A stretch of DNA of 64,000 nt from assembly GCA_964016885.1 (NCBI GenBank), contig OZ024741.1, positions 233,430,001-233,494,000 on the forward strand. Reading direction: 5' to 3'. This document shows, in pieces, positions 38,030-51,319 of the stretch. Every line of letters begins with the position of its first letter. Within the stretch, counting starts at the first letter, position 1. The notes beneath the pieces were generated by a model that was not told the origin of the DNA, searched no databases, and saw only the letters and a program-made list of their open reading frames with translations. Origin of the DNA: Eledone cirrhosa. Lineage: Eukaryota. Made by a program: the position numbers and the translations under genes.

Positions 38030-39620
38030 CTTCTTTACCACTTCATCTCACATCTTTCTAAGTTTTCTTCTTCCACAGGTTCCATTAACTTCATGAGAAT
38101 GACACTGCTCTATATAACTGATGTCTTACATACACATCATATGTCAATACCATCACAGCTTTTTTTCTTGTATACTATATCCAATTCCTCATACAGTTTC
38201 TCTCACAGCTTATTTGTATTTCATAGTTCATGCATATTATTGTTAAGCATTCTCCAGAGCATGCACTCCTTATTTATTTCCAGCCACCACAGATCGTCTG
38301 CATTCAACACCCAAGTCTTGCTGCCATACAACATCACAATGCATACACAAACATCATACAGTCTTCCCTTCACTCAGAAAACCCTTTTTTTGTGCCAGCT
38401 GAGATAATAGCGCCCTGAACTTTTTCCATTCCATTTTTATTCTGGTTACTGTGCTTTCAGTAGACCTATCGCTGCTGCGGATGAGATTATCTAGGTGACG
38501 GAATATATTCACTACTTCTAATTTGCCATCTGAGCATTTAAAGGTATTTGCTTTGTGTATTCTTACTGCTAATCAGTTTCTACAACATACAAAATTTACC
38601 TTTTTTTGTTAGCCTGCCTGTAATGCCACTACCTCTCTTTTGCATAGGTTACACTGGCTATACCATATGGAATTTCTGAATACTCTTTTTCTATGTATTG
38701 AAACTTTGATCTTGTGCAACGATGAGGGGAGCAGAGAGGTGAGTGGAATGGAAGGAGCTGGTTGCCAAGTCATCTGTGGTACCCCAATGGTCCACCAGAC
38801 TACAGGACAGATGAGAAGTTTATTCTGAGGCCCTTTGATTCCAGATTTTGCTTCCTTGTATCAAATTTGATCTCTAGTTCTACAGATCCAGCAGTCATCT
38901 GTATACATTTCTTATAGGTACCCAGTCATAACCTCTCTTTCATGGCCTATAAGACTATAGCAGGAGAGTGGGGACTAAGTTTTAATGGACCTCTACCAGC
39001 ACGCTAAATTCATCACTGTATTCATTCCTGATTCTTACCTTGCCACTATTTATAGATTGTATAGCCCATACCAGCCATACATCTGTCTCTCATTTCCTTA
39101 GCATTTATTTAATCATAGAATGTGGAACCTCGTCAAAGCATTCTCCAGAACAACGTTAAGTATAAAGGCTTATTCTTAGCTCAGTACTTTTGTAGTTGTT
39201 TAACTAGGAAGATGGTATCAGTGCTGCATTTTGCTGGCATACACCTGAGCTATATTTTGTCTACTTAAATTTTACTCCTGATTAATTCTGTAATAACTCA
39301 TTCAAGGACTTTGATGCTTCTCTAATTACTACATTCAAGGGCATCACCTTTCTCCTTGTAGCTATTAATAATGCTGCTACACCAATTATTGGGTATGGCG
39401 CTTCCTGTATTACTTGACTAGCAAATACGCTATGTTTTATGTATCTCAGCAATTACTTCTGATGGACCAGCCACCTTTCCTGTCTTCATAACCTTAATTG
39501 CTTTGAACGCCATTGTTGTCATAATTAATGGCAGGGCCCTCTTTGGGGATTTCTACCCATAGTACACACTCTCATTCCCATGAATTCTCCACGTTGCCCA
39601 CCTCTCAAAATAGTACTTCC
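38030..39620 (-). mobile_element. Old, heavily decayed RTE LINE
   Basis: Collinear nucleotide similarity to the RT region of the intact copy, for example AFDEVPH ~39125-39145 and KGDAL ~39340-39355. Confidence 0.8.
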
Positions 39621-40224
39621 ATTCTTCAACACGTTATCCATAATAGCATGTAAACCATCCGTCTACCAACTTCCATACCCAAAACCAGCTTCTGTACTTA
39701 AATTTATTCTTTTAGTGGTTTTAATACTTTCAGCCTTCAAAGGTTTTTAATGCAAAGGGACATAACTCTATACTTTGTTATATATATTAATCTGCTGCAC
39801 ATGCCTTCATACTCTCTTGACCATCTTATCTACTATATCTCACACACACACACACACACACACGTATATATAAGTTGTACAAGAGTGTTGTTATGAAGTC
39901 ACATGAATAACCATGTAACAGAAATATATATTATGGTGATTTAATCCTACCATTATTTGATTTATATATATATTAATAATAATAATGAAATTATTGTGTA
40001 AAGTGCTCAGGTGCACTACAACTCGTCAAAGGTGCAATATATATATAATGCATTGGTGTATCTCAAGCAACATATTTGTATCAATAGTGGGTTGTGTAAT
40101 TTTTTTGTAGTGTGCAGTTTAAGGCAAGGGAAGAAGTGTAAGCTATAGGGAGCTGAGAGGGAGAAGCTACAATATAAAATAAACGAGGTAAAACTTGATC
40201 AAAAAACAGTATACTTATTGTATC

Positions 40225-40548
40225 TTCATCATTTTACGTCTGCTTTTCCCTGCTTGCAAGGGTGGGACGGGAACTGATTCTGGCTTGATTTCTACAGCCC
40301 TTCCTAACACCAACCTCATTTACAGTGAGTGCTGGGTGCTTTTTTGCCGTGGCACCTCCACGACCACTTTGCAGTGGAATGATATGGACCCCAGTCCCTA
40401 TCATCTCATTTCTACAGCTGAGTAAACTGGAGCAATGTGAAATAAAGTGTCTTGCTCAAGGAAACAAAACATCACCCGGTCTGAGAATTGAAGTCACAAC
40501 CTTTTGATTGTAAGGCCAATGCTCTAACCACTAAGCCATGTGCCTCCA
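40225..40548 (-). mobile_element. tRNA-CORE SINE with RTE tail (a second truncated copy follows at 40717-40982)
   Basis: Near-identical to 60484-60829. Confidence 0.9.
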
Positions 40549-40982
40549 TGTATATATATATATACACACACACATATATATTATCACTGCTAACAACAAA
40601 ATGCTTTTGTGAGTGAAAGGTACACTATGATACCTGTGTGCGAACTGCAATGCTACATGGCAGTGAAACATGGGTCTTGTCTGCAGAAGACCTACGGAGT
40701 TTAGTATTCCCCGCTGTCATCATCATTTCATTTTACGTCCGCTTTTCCCTGCTTGCAAGGGTGGGACAGGAACTGATTCTGACGATTTCTACAGCTGGAT
40801 GCCCTTCCTAACACCCACCTCATTTACAGTGAGTGCTGGGTGCTTTTTTGCTGTGGCACCTCCACGACCACTTTGCAGTGGAATGATATGGACCCCAGTC
40901 CCTATCATCTCATTTCTACAGCTGAGTAAACTGGAGTAATGTGAAATAAAGTGTCTTGCTCAAGGAAACAACACATCACCCG

Positions 40983-41210
40983 TATCATGAGAGGAATTGT
41001 ATGTAGTGTGCAAGAGAGAAGACTGCATTGATATGGACATGTGATGCACATGGAAGATAACAGCTGCATAAAGGAATGCAGAGAAACATTAGTGGCTAGG
41101 ACTCGTGCAGGAGACCAACATAAGAAGACATTGGATGAAGTTGTGAAGACCAACATTAAAAAAACTAAATCTCATAACAGAAATGACATGAGTGCTGGTG
41201 CTAAAGAACC
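40983..41210 (+). mobile_element. RTE ORF C-terminal fragment
   Basis: RGIVCSVQERRLH*YGHVMHMEDNSCIK. Confidence 0.8.
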
Positions 41211-41452
41211 CCTGACCTGAACATACAATGTGGCCTAACCTACCCCCACACTAACAGCTATTCCTTACATCACTACACCACCCTGATGACAAATGTCCCA
41301 TGCCAACATGCACACATTGCTAGCAGCTACCCTCTTGTGATGTGGTTGTTGATGGAAGGGGCATCCAGATCCCCCACTTCCGTACTGAATACTTGGTCTA
41401 TGTAGACCTGTCCAAACTCTTGCTATCAGTGGAAGTGAACATTAAAACGATG

Positions 41453-41491
<39 letters not shown>

Positions 41492-41829
41492 ATGTAAATC
41501 ATAATAAATGACAAGCAACAAGAGGTTTTTTTAAATCTTTTAGTTGTTTATTCACAGTAAAGTTCAAGTGAGAAATCTTAAGCTTTACGTTGTCCTTCAA
41601 TCAGTATCACGGTGGGATGATTGTCGAAACACCATATTGAGCATTAGATCTCTTGATTATGGGCATAGATATGTGTAAAACAATATAAGTGATACAATTT
41701 AGCAAGCTTTGGCATTCAAACAAGATGTAGGGTTTGGGAAGTGAATTATGTAGCAGTCCAAAGTAGTAATATACACATTGTCCTCCTCTGAGATTTCATT
41801 GAAAACCACATCAGTAGCAGTTTTGAAAC

Positions 41830-42083
41830 AGATTTTAAATAAATAATGAAAATTGATTATGATTTAATTATATAAATTATGTATTTGTTCTAAAGTGTTT
41901 ATATTTATCTAAAAACCCTTCCATCATGTCAGAACCTTTGTTAAATTATGCTCCATACACCAACTTAATAATATGAAAGTTAGTCATATTACTAAAAACA
42001 TTCAAATTCTTGATTAATTTCGAAATGATTTGAAATTCATAGATAAAGGCTTTCAATAGAAATATGGTAACAAAAGGGTTAAA
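41830..42083. mobile_element. Possible piggyBac-type non-autonomous remnant (related segment at 25862-26100)
   Basis: Ends ggtaacaaaagggTTAA. The related copy starts TTAAccattttgatacc and shares the internal cttaataat..ga.agttagt segment. Confidence 0.4.
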
Positions 42084-42692
42084 GACATGATTTATGTTCA
42101 AGTTTTAATTTTTTATCTTTTTGTCAGTTTTTTTTTTATTTTGTTTTGTTTTTCCATCCTTACATACCAGTCTTTTGCAGCTTGTTTTGAAACAACAAAG
42201 TACGTAAATCTATATTTTCTAGTTCTTCTGTTGAATTTGATCAATTTCCTCCAGAATTCTGTCATACATTTTTCGTTTATTTTATCATGCAGTTTTATAT
42301 TCATATAAATATGCATGTTAACACAAGAAAGAGTAAAGATAGATTTAGGGACTTAGTTGTTCTAAATGTGCTGCCAAAAATTCAGAAGGAAATATGAAGA
42401 AAAAGAAAAAAAAGTGATAAAAAAGTAAAAACCTGTTAAATTTGTGTCTTAAACTTTTAACATGCTGGGTTTGTTAATTCAAATGTTGGTAGTATCTTTA
42501 TTAGTAGAGAGATTGTTGTAAATATTAGTAGTAAATGAAAGACTAATGTTTAATGTGATGCAGTCATAGTGATGTTTTGTTCCATTTCTAGAATGTCTTG
42601 CTAATGCAGTTTCATGCAGTACCGGACATTAAGAGTTATTCATACATGTCTAAAAGAAAAGCTGTTCTCCATGTATATTAATATAAGTAACA

Positions 42693-44100
42693 AAATAATT
42701 GTTTCTACTTTAGGCACAAGGCCAGCAATTTGAAGGGGAGGGGAAAGTCGATTAAATTGACCCCAGTGCATTACTAGTGCTTTATTTTATTGACCCTGTA
42801 AAGATGAAAGGCAAAACTAACCTCAGCGGAATTTGAAGTCAGAACGTAAAGGGACATAACTCTATGTTACAAAGCATGGTGTCCGACGCTCTACCAATCC
42901 TGCCAATCCAGAATAATGATATCTGACACTTGCCACAGACTTTGGAGATGACAATGGTTGTTCTTAGTAGTTGATAAGTACTTATTTTATTGAAACTCCA
43001 GGAGGCCTGTCACCTAGGGGCTCTGGAGGGCACAGCCCCTTTTCTTCTCAATAGTACACCCTCATATTTAAGAAAATTTATGGTGACATGCTTATTCTAA
43101 AACTCCGCCTTAGAATTATTGCGCATTAGAGTGGCCACCCAGAATGTTCTGAAGCACCCTCACTCCACCACTACCATCCCTTCACCCAAGCACCAATGCC
43201 AGGCAACAGGCCTGACTCCCCCCGCCACCAGTAGGATGAAATGGCAAGAATTAAACTCATAACATTAAGGTACATAACCAGATAATATAAGGGACTTGAT
43301 TCAGCCAATCCACTAAACCTTCATAATCATAATAATTGTTTCTACTTTAGACACAAAGCCAGTAATTTGAAGGGGAGAGGAAAGTCAATTAAATCAACCC
43401 CAGTACATTACTGGTACTTTATTTTAACAACCCCGTAAGGATGAAAGGCAAAGCTAACCTCGGTGGGATTTGAACTCAGAATGTAAAGAGCCATAACTCT
43501 ATGCCACTAAGCATGTTGTCTGACACTCTACCGATTCTGCCAATCCACTGCCTTCATAATCATGATAATTGTTTCTACTTTTGGCACAAGGCCAGCAATT
43601 ACCCTAGTGGATTACTGGTACTTTATTTTATCGACTCCGTAAGGATGACAGCCAAAGCTAACCTCGACAGGATTTTAACTCAGAACGTAAAGGGCCATAA
43701 TCATAATCATAATAATATTGATTTCTTAGATAAGCACAAGGCCAGAAATTTTGGTGGAAGGGTTAAGTCCAGCAAATTGACCTCTAGTTTTCAACTGATA
43801 CATTTTTTTTATCGACCTCAGAATGATGATAAGTGAAGTCGACCATGGCAGGATTTGAACTCAGAACATAGAGTAACATAACTAAATACTAAAAATACAT
43901 TTTGCCCACCACTCTACCAACTCTTCTAATCGACCACCTTTCTAAATAATTATTATTATTTCTAAGGCCAGCAATTTGGGAGAAAGGGAAAATAGCTTAT
44001 ATTGACCATATCGATGGTACTTTATTCTATCAACCCTGGAAAGATGAAAGACAAAGTTGATCTTGGTGGGATTTGAACTCAGAATGTAAAGAGCCAGAAC
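42693..44100 (-). mobile_element. Cluster of about five Deu/Nin-like tRNA SINE copies
   Basis: Units starting aataattgtttctactt..gcacaaggccagcaat at ~42693, 43330, 43565, 43730 and 43965, all in the same orientation. Confidence 0.85.
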
Positions 44101-44332
44101 GAAAATAATAATGATGATAATAAAAAGAGTAGTAGTAGTAGTAGTAGTACCAACAATGATAACGTAGGATTAAGCAAATTCTTTTAACTTCAGAATGTAA
44201 ATTTAGTGCATAAAATATGAATTTTTAGTGAAAAAGGAAAACTTGATTAAAAAAAAAAGCAGAAATATAAGAAATTAATTCAAGTATAAATTGTAGAAAA
44301 AGTTGGTATAAAGGGAGATAATTCATGTGACT

Positions 44333-44506
44333 TTAGACATCATATTCCAAGTATGTGACGTATTGAGATTGACCTTTGCACTTCACATTTAGCTGCACTT
44401 TACCTCCTTCTGCCATTTCATTCTTACTGAGATCGACAAGTCCTTGGAAGACACACTCTTCTACTTTGCCCAGTTCTGTCCACTCTCCACCAGCATTCAC
44501 CATTAT
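44333..44506 (-). CDS. Short hillarin/KY C-terminal-module gene, last exon
   Basis: Acceptor ttctctaattacag|ATA. Translates IMVNAGGEWTELGKVEECVFQGLVDLSKNEMAEGGKVQLNVKCKGQSQYVTYLEYDV*, which aligns with VAVVADQDWTTLEK..WEGTVEL..VTLNA..TLLEYSV* of the + strand gene. Not present in the ORF track. Confidence 0.9.
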   Translation of the reverse strand: MMVNAGGEWTELGKVEECVFQGLVDLSKNEMAEGGKVQLNVKCKGQSQYVTYLEYDV

Positions 44507-44584
44507 CTGTAATTAGAGAAACAGTTTCAGTAATGTTATTTCAACATCACAAAATAAATGTCATCTGACATTACATGATGGCAT

Positions 44585-45020
44585 TTACCAGTCCAGTCAG
44601 GTCTGGTGAGATGAAACAACACCTGACTTGACAAGACAAGGCCTCAAATTAAACCAGCCAGATCATGTCAGACCAGACCAGATTTGGTTAGCCTAGACAA
44701 GGCCTGACCAGACAAGATCATGTCAGACCAGACTAGGTTAGACTAGACAGAGCCTACCTAGACCAGACCATGTCTGGTCAGGTCAGCCCAAACCAAATCA
44801 ATCCAGACCTGAGCAGATCAGACAATGTCAGACCAGGTCAGTCTAGACTAGATCAGAGCAGACCAGGCCAGTCTAGACCAGATCGCAGCAGACCAGACCA
44901 GATCAGATCAGAATAGAGCAGACCAGGTCAGATTAGTCAACACTTGGTCAGAGCAGACCAGACCAAGCCAGATCAGTCCAGACCAGGTAGGATCATTCCA
45001 GATCAGACAAAACCAGAAGA
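44585..45020. repeat. Degenerate (GACCA)n pentamer satellite
   Basis: Units gacca, gatca and gagca run over ~430 bp. Confidence 0.85.
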
Positions 45021-45357
45021 GCACACAGGAAAAATATAGTCTTATATACACTATATAATCTGAATTTCTGTAATGAAGAATAATCACTATTATACACTGA
45101 TTTAAGGTGGCAAATTAGCAGAGTTGTTGGAACATTATAGAGATCAATAAAACGAAAAGCACCACTCCAGTTCTAGTGTCAATTTTTACTCTATATTTCT
45201 TTCACACTTCCTCTCCCTCAATCTCTCTCTCCTTCTCTAGAAGAAATCAGCTATGTTCAGACCTGGAGATGAAATGGTGCACTGCCAGTGTTAAAATATA
45301 ACCCAGTGACTCCATCAAGAACTACAAGTTCGTCCGTCTGTCCATGCACGCATGCAT

Positions 45358-45439
<82 letters not shown>

Positions 45440-45449
45440 CCTCCTGAAA

Positions 45450-45945
45450 ACTCAGCGAATACCCTCCATCAGGCATCTACCATATTCTGAACTCTGCTTC
45501 CCTGGGCATGGATACATTAAAGCTCCGACATCTGGCAACTAACTTGGTAAACACCCACAAAATTATTAACCCTCTTGCCAACAACAACCCTGAGCACATG
45601 TTTAACACCCACGGATATGCTTACAAAATAAGAAAACAGCACAGCTCCTATGACTTTCAGAAACATTTTTCTCAGAGTTGCTGAAACATGGAACAAGCTA
45701 CCTGCATCAGTTGTTAGCTATAAGGACACTGCATCCTTCAAAACATCCATGCTTACCGAAATTTGCCAACACTACACCTGATATTCCCCCACTGTACACA
45801 TGCATGCATGTATCAGTGTGTATATCATGACTCATACACTGTTCATTTTCCTGACATTTGTACATTACTCTATGTACTATACATGTACCTTTTCTGAGTT
45901 GTAGTACACCTGAGGACTGTACACAATAATTTTCATTATTATTAT
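45450..45945 (+). mobile_element. CR1-clade LINE 3' fragment
   Basis: Diverged paralog of 46480-47127. Confidence 0.85.
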
Positions 45946-45994
45946 ACATACATACATGCATTGATGCGTGTGCGCATACATACATACATATAAT

Positions 45995-46479
45995 GATATG
46001 GTACAGAGAAAAGAAGGCATGCACAGGAGTGTAAGTTAGCTGCCCAGCAGATGCCAATATAATATTAAAGATTAGCGAAAAGGAGAATATCTATGTAGAA
46101 CTAATGAGAAATCTTCAGATACTCCACCCTGACTATACCTTCAGATTTATACCTGTGATTATTGGGGCACTGGGATATGTCAGTAACTGCCTCAGTACAA
46201 ATCTTGAGAAGCTAGGCTTCACAGAAACAGAACGAATACAACTAGTTAGAAAATTACAAGTACAATCCATTAATGGAACAGTAAAAATATGTAAAACATT
46301 CCAAAAATTCTGTATCTAATAACTCCATATACACATGTACAAGATACACATTATATACAAATGCATACATATAACTCAAAACATATACCTCCACACATAC
46401 AATAACATCCCTACCTGTACATATGCATGCAGACATATCTACCTAGTTGATGTTGTTTAAATTCCAATGAGAGAGTCTT
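45995..46479 (+). mobile_element. 3' end of an RLE-type (R4/Dong-like) non-LTR retrotransposon
   Basis: VSCPADANIILKISEKENIYVELMRNLQILHPDYTFRFIPVIIGALGYV...VQSINGTVKICKTF resembles the restriction-like endonuclease C-terminus. A related minus-strand piece FNFIPLIIGATGY lies at ~48840-48905. Confidence 0.75.
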
Positions 46480-47127
46480 GTCCAAGCGCATACCCTCCAT
46501 CAGACACCTACCATACTCTGAACGCCTTGCTTCCCTGGGCATGGATTCATTGAAGCTCCAACGTCTGGCAATGGACTTGGTGAATACCCACAAAGTTATT
46601 AACCATCTCGCTAATTGCAACCCTGAGCACCTTTTTGATCTCCATGTGTCTAACACACGTGGACATGCCTACAAAATCAGAAAACAGCACAGCTCCCATG
46701 ACTTTCGTAAACATTTTTTCACGCTCAGAGTTGTTGAAGCATGGAACAAACTGCCTGCGTCAGTTGTTAGCTGCCGAGACACTGCATCCTTTAAAACCCT
46801 CATGCTTCCCGAAATACGCCAAAACTACACCTGATGTACCCCTTCCATACACATGCACACGTGTGTATCATGACTCGTGCACTGTTCATTTTACTGATGT
46901 TTGTGCATTGCCCTATGTACTGTACATGCACTTTTTGATGAGTTGTGGTGCACCTGGGCACTGTACACACTATTTCATTATTATTATTGTTGTTATTATA
47001 TCATGACTCATACACTGTTCATTTTCCTGACATTTGTACATTATTCTATGTACTATACATGCACCTTTGATGAGTTGTAGTGCACCTGAGCACTGTACAC
47101 AATAATTTCATTATTATATTATTATTA
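46480..47127 (+). mobile_element. CR1-clade LINE 3' fragment with a duplicated 3' UTR
   Basis: YSERLASLGMDSL..R..DL..NTRGHAYKI..RKHFFTLRVVEAWNKLPASVV, followed by a tail gcactgtacacaataatttcattattat repeated twice. Confidence 0.9.
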
Positions 47128-48904
47128 TCTATGTTAGAAACTGACTCTCTCTCTCTCTATTGCTAAAATTTGTGAAATTATAAAACCATAAGAACATACA
47201 TACAGGGATTTATTCAGACTAGTACATAACAACTGTAACAACTAGAATAAGAACGCTAGTTGGAATAAATCAATGTATAACTAGATATGCTTTGTCAGTA
47301 AAGAGGTCCTCTTAAACTCCACAATCCTACAGAGAATTCAGAGCTTATTGAATAGAAATAAGATGCTTAGCTTCCAGTTGGATTGTTTGCATAGAGGGAG
47401 TATGCTGCCAGCCGTTTAACAAGGGAGTTAACCACTGATTGACAATAACTAACAAAACCAGAACCTAAATCGTTTTGTCACCCACACCATTTGACTGAGT
47501 TTATTGGAGTCAATGAGGTAGCTTTTATACACTCGTTTGACCTGCAAAAAATAACAGTCAAGTTTTCATCAAATTACATCTTACAGTCTCCACACATACA
47601 CAAAACATACACCTCCACACATACAATAACATCCATACCTGTACACATGCATGCATGCAGACATGCATACATATCTATCTACCTAGTTGATGTTTAAATT
47701 CCAATGAGAGAGTCTTGTATCTATGTTAGAAACTGATACAAATGGAAAGGCATGGTGAATATTGTAGTTTCAGACGCACTAAAACAAGGTGGTCATGGAT
47801 GGAATACCTTTGATTGGAGTTGACCTGGGGTTAAACACAACAGCTTCAGAATACAAGCAACCTCTAAGTTGTTATCTGAGCAGCTAAGAATAGCAGTCAA
47901 ATCTCCTAGATTATACCTAATAGTCTTTGAAAAGGAAAGACACGTTGTATATTGTTGTCCTGTTTATACACAAAGGAAAGGCATGGACGGGGCATGAGCC
48001 AATGAGAGAAGCTTTTTATGGTAGCTTGACATGCTAAAACTAGTAGCCACATCTCCCTCAAATTACATCATATTCAAGTGGTTGCCCTTGCATGGTTGCA
48101 GCCAAATGGCAGTGAAAGAATATACTCTTTCAAAAAAGGAGATACATGGCAGCATTTCCTTTGAACATAGATCTTCTCGATTCAAGGTTAATATAGAGTT
48201 TAAAAATAGCTACAACAATGTTAGAAAAAGAGTAAGTTTGAAACCTAAAAATATACAACATTAAACCAACATCACTCAATATGATAGGTCTGAGTGTAGC
48301 CCCAGGTTAACTTTGACTGAGTATACCTATGATCAAAGCATTCTATAACTATCCTGTGTTAACTTTCATACCCATGTAAGTTGGATTTAGTAGACAGAAA
48401 CTGGACAGAAGCCCATTATATACACAGCTAATAATCTTTACTGGGTTTCACACTACAAATATCGTATTTTCAGACAATATATTCAATACTATTATCCAAA
48501 CTGTCATTCATTTTTTTTTAAAGATGGTGAAACAATAACTCATATCATGTATGTATGGATGTATATATATATGTGTGTACATATGTATGTGTGTATGTAT
48601 GTGTGTATGCTTGTCTGTGTATATATGTATGTATGCATTTATGTTTTGTTTCTTATTCTTAATTTTGAATTTATTTTAACTGACCACCTTCCTGGCAAAG
48701 AAAAGGAAATTTCCATTGTCCTTTGTACTGTGTTCATCCTTTGAATTGTAAGAATGTTTTACAGATTTTCCCAAATACCATGGATATTTGTAGCTCATGA
48801 ATTAAGGAGCTACGTTTAATCTCCCCAAATCCAAATTAAGTCATACTTTGATCCAGGTGGGTTATAACCTGTAGCTCCAATAATAAGAGGTATAAAATTG
48901 AACA

Positions 48905-49520
48905 TGTATATTCGTACAGTACTATACGAACATGCTAGACAACAACACGACGGTAACATAGACAACATAGAAATTAGAATAATATCTAAACATAGAAATG
49001 ACCAAGCAGATAGGCAAATCAGAGAGGCCAGTGAAATAGAACTTAAAAAGCCAAGGCTAAACAGAAAGAATGAATGGAATAACAACAACACCCAAACAAA
49101 CAACACTGACCTAAGAGAAGTATAAATAAATAAATAGATAAATAAATAAATAAATACATACACAAGCACAATAACAACAAACACATATAAACACACACTA
49201 GTAAAGATAGAATACATTAACCAATACACAGTCACCCAATCACGAACACACATCAAACAAAACACTATACACACACGCAAACGCATGCACAAAGAAGACA
49301 AAATAAAATAAACAAATAAATAAATATATAAACAGACTAAATAAAGATGGCGTAGAAAATACAATGCAACGGGAGGAAACAATAGCACCACTGACGATGT
49401 TGCAGATGTGCAACGAAAGAACTTTGATAAACTATATATATGTGTTTGTGTCTATATTGTATCTGTATTATTTTTGACCGTTGGTCAGTCAATGGCAACA
49501 TTGAGGACCGAATAAATTAG
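48905..49520 (+). mobile_element. Penelope-like element 3' fragment: GIY-YIG C-terminus, 3' UTR and hammerhead
   Basis: LYEHARQQHDG..IRIISKH..DRQIREASEIELKKPRLNRKNEW fits the H-x4-H / R-x-I-x-EA-x-I / P-x-LN pattern of PLE endonucleases. A CTGACGA..GAAA motif lies 270 nt downstream. Confidence 0.8.
49382..49434 (+). ncRNA. Type-I hammerhead-like motif, stem I partly decayed
   Basis: atagcacca CTGACGA t gttgca gatg tgcaac GAAA gaactt tgataactat, with a perfect 6-bp stem II. Confidence 0.6.
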
Positions 49521-49627
49521 ATTACTGATATAAAAGATACAGAAGTGAAAACCAACCAAACAGTGAGTGTGTTGTTATTAATTCTGGCAATATTACACAA
49601 ATATGACCCTCCCCAAGTATAACAATA

Positions 49628-49658
<31 letters not shown>

Positions 49659-49661
49659 ATA

Positions 49662-49696
<35 letters not shown>

Positions 49697-49700
<4 letters not shown>

Positions 49701-50797
49701 AGTTTAGTGAGGAATTCCAGATACAAGTAGAAGTACATCAAGATTCGGTCCTCAGCCCACTCTTGTTCATTATAGTCCTCCAAGCCATAACAGGAGTTTA
49801 AGACTGGCAGTCCACGGGAACTTCTCTATGCTGACGATCTGGTTCTTATAGCAGAATCAGTTGAGGGGCTAGAGAATAAATTCTGGCTATGGAAACAGCA
49901 GTTGGAAGCAAGAGGACTGAGAGTGAACCTAGCTAAGACAAAAGTTTCCATCAGGGAAATGGCCATGTTCGATATGCAGAAAAGGAACTGGCATAAATTC
50001 TATAAACTGTACACAATGAAGATCTTGGGTACACAAGAGATGTAGTGGAATAGCAGACAAACTAACAGGTAGGGAGAAATACGTATGCAGTAGATGTACA
50101 GGGAAATTTGACAGTAGAAGTCGTATTGATAGACACATTTTTCAAATACAGGTGGGTGTTATAGAAATGGTTGATAGCTTCCGGTAGCTAGGTGATCAGA
50201 TTAGCATGGGAGGGGAGGGGGGTGTTCCAAGGCCAGAGTATCTAGAATAAGGATGGGTTGGAAGAAGTTTAGGGAGCTTCTTCCTCTGCTGACGAAGAAG
50301 GGTTTCTCCCTGCGTACGAAAGGCCAGTTATATGATGCCTGTGTGAGGTGCGCGATGCTGCATGGTAGTGAGACATGGGCAGTAACTGCAGAGGATATGC
50401 GACGGCTGGAGAGAAATGAGGCAAATATGCTCCGTTGGATGTGCAATATCAATGTGCGTGAACGACCGAGTATGGATGTGTTGAGAGAGAAACTGTGTCT
50501 GAGAGGGATAGAAAGTAGTGTGCGAGAGAGAAGACTGTGATGGTATGGACCTGTGATGCACATGGAGGATGACCAATAGGTGAAGAAGTGCCAAGAAATG
50601 CCAGTTGAAGGAAGACGTGGTAGAGGTAGACCACAAAAAACATGGGTGGAGTTGGTGAGAACAGACCTCAGATCGCTGAAGCTCACAGTGGAGATGTCGA
50701 AAGACCGTGACAAGTGGAGAGATGCTGTGCTGAATAGGACCCATCCCACTCTTGCAAGCAAGGAAAAGCGGACGTAAAATGATGATGATGATGATGT
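49697..50797 (+). mobile_element. 5'-truncated RTE LINE (RT to tail)
   Basis: ELLYADDLVL, GKWPCSICRKG, GWKKFRELLPLL, HGSETW and GRGRPQKTW, with a (GAT)n tail. Confidence 0.95.
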
Positions 50798-51319
50798 ATG
50801 TATGTATATATATATATGCCGTCGGAGCTTGAACATTTTCATATATATATGTGTGTGTGTATATGCAAGTGTATGTATATGCGCAGGGACATAGAAATAG
50901 CCAGGATGGATACCCGATTGCGTGGTTAAACTACTGGGAGTGAAGGACCCCTAGCCTTTGTCAGGGCATTCTTCTAGGAGAAGGCAACTCAGGAAACTGG
51001 GATAACTCCAACATAAAACCTGCAGCTCAGTAGTTACCGATGATGTTGATCGTTTCTTCTTTTCGGGTTATAGCTACTGTCGCTCAGAGAGTGGGATTGG
51101 CTCAGTGCAGTCTTTCCTCACTTAAAAAAAAAAAATCTTCTTGCACAGGTATTGCACGATAGAATTAATTAATAATTATTAACAATAGTATATCGTGCAA
51201 TGGCCATACTCAATAATGAGGGGGCAGCCATCATGTATGTATGCATGTATGTATGTATGCAAGCATATATGTATATCAGCATGTATGTTTATAAGCATGT
51301 CCATATGTAGGCATGTATG

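Noticed and set aside
48430-48480. Further weak hammerhead-like matches (also ~11170, ~17130-17185, ~41580-41610, ~60110-60145)
   Set aside because: Core boxes carry mismatches and stems are poor, so they cannot be distinguished from chance by eye.
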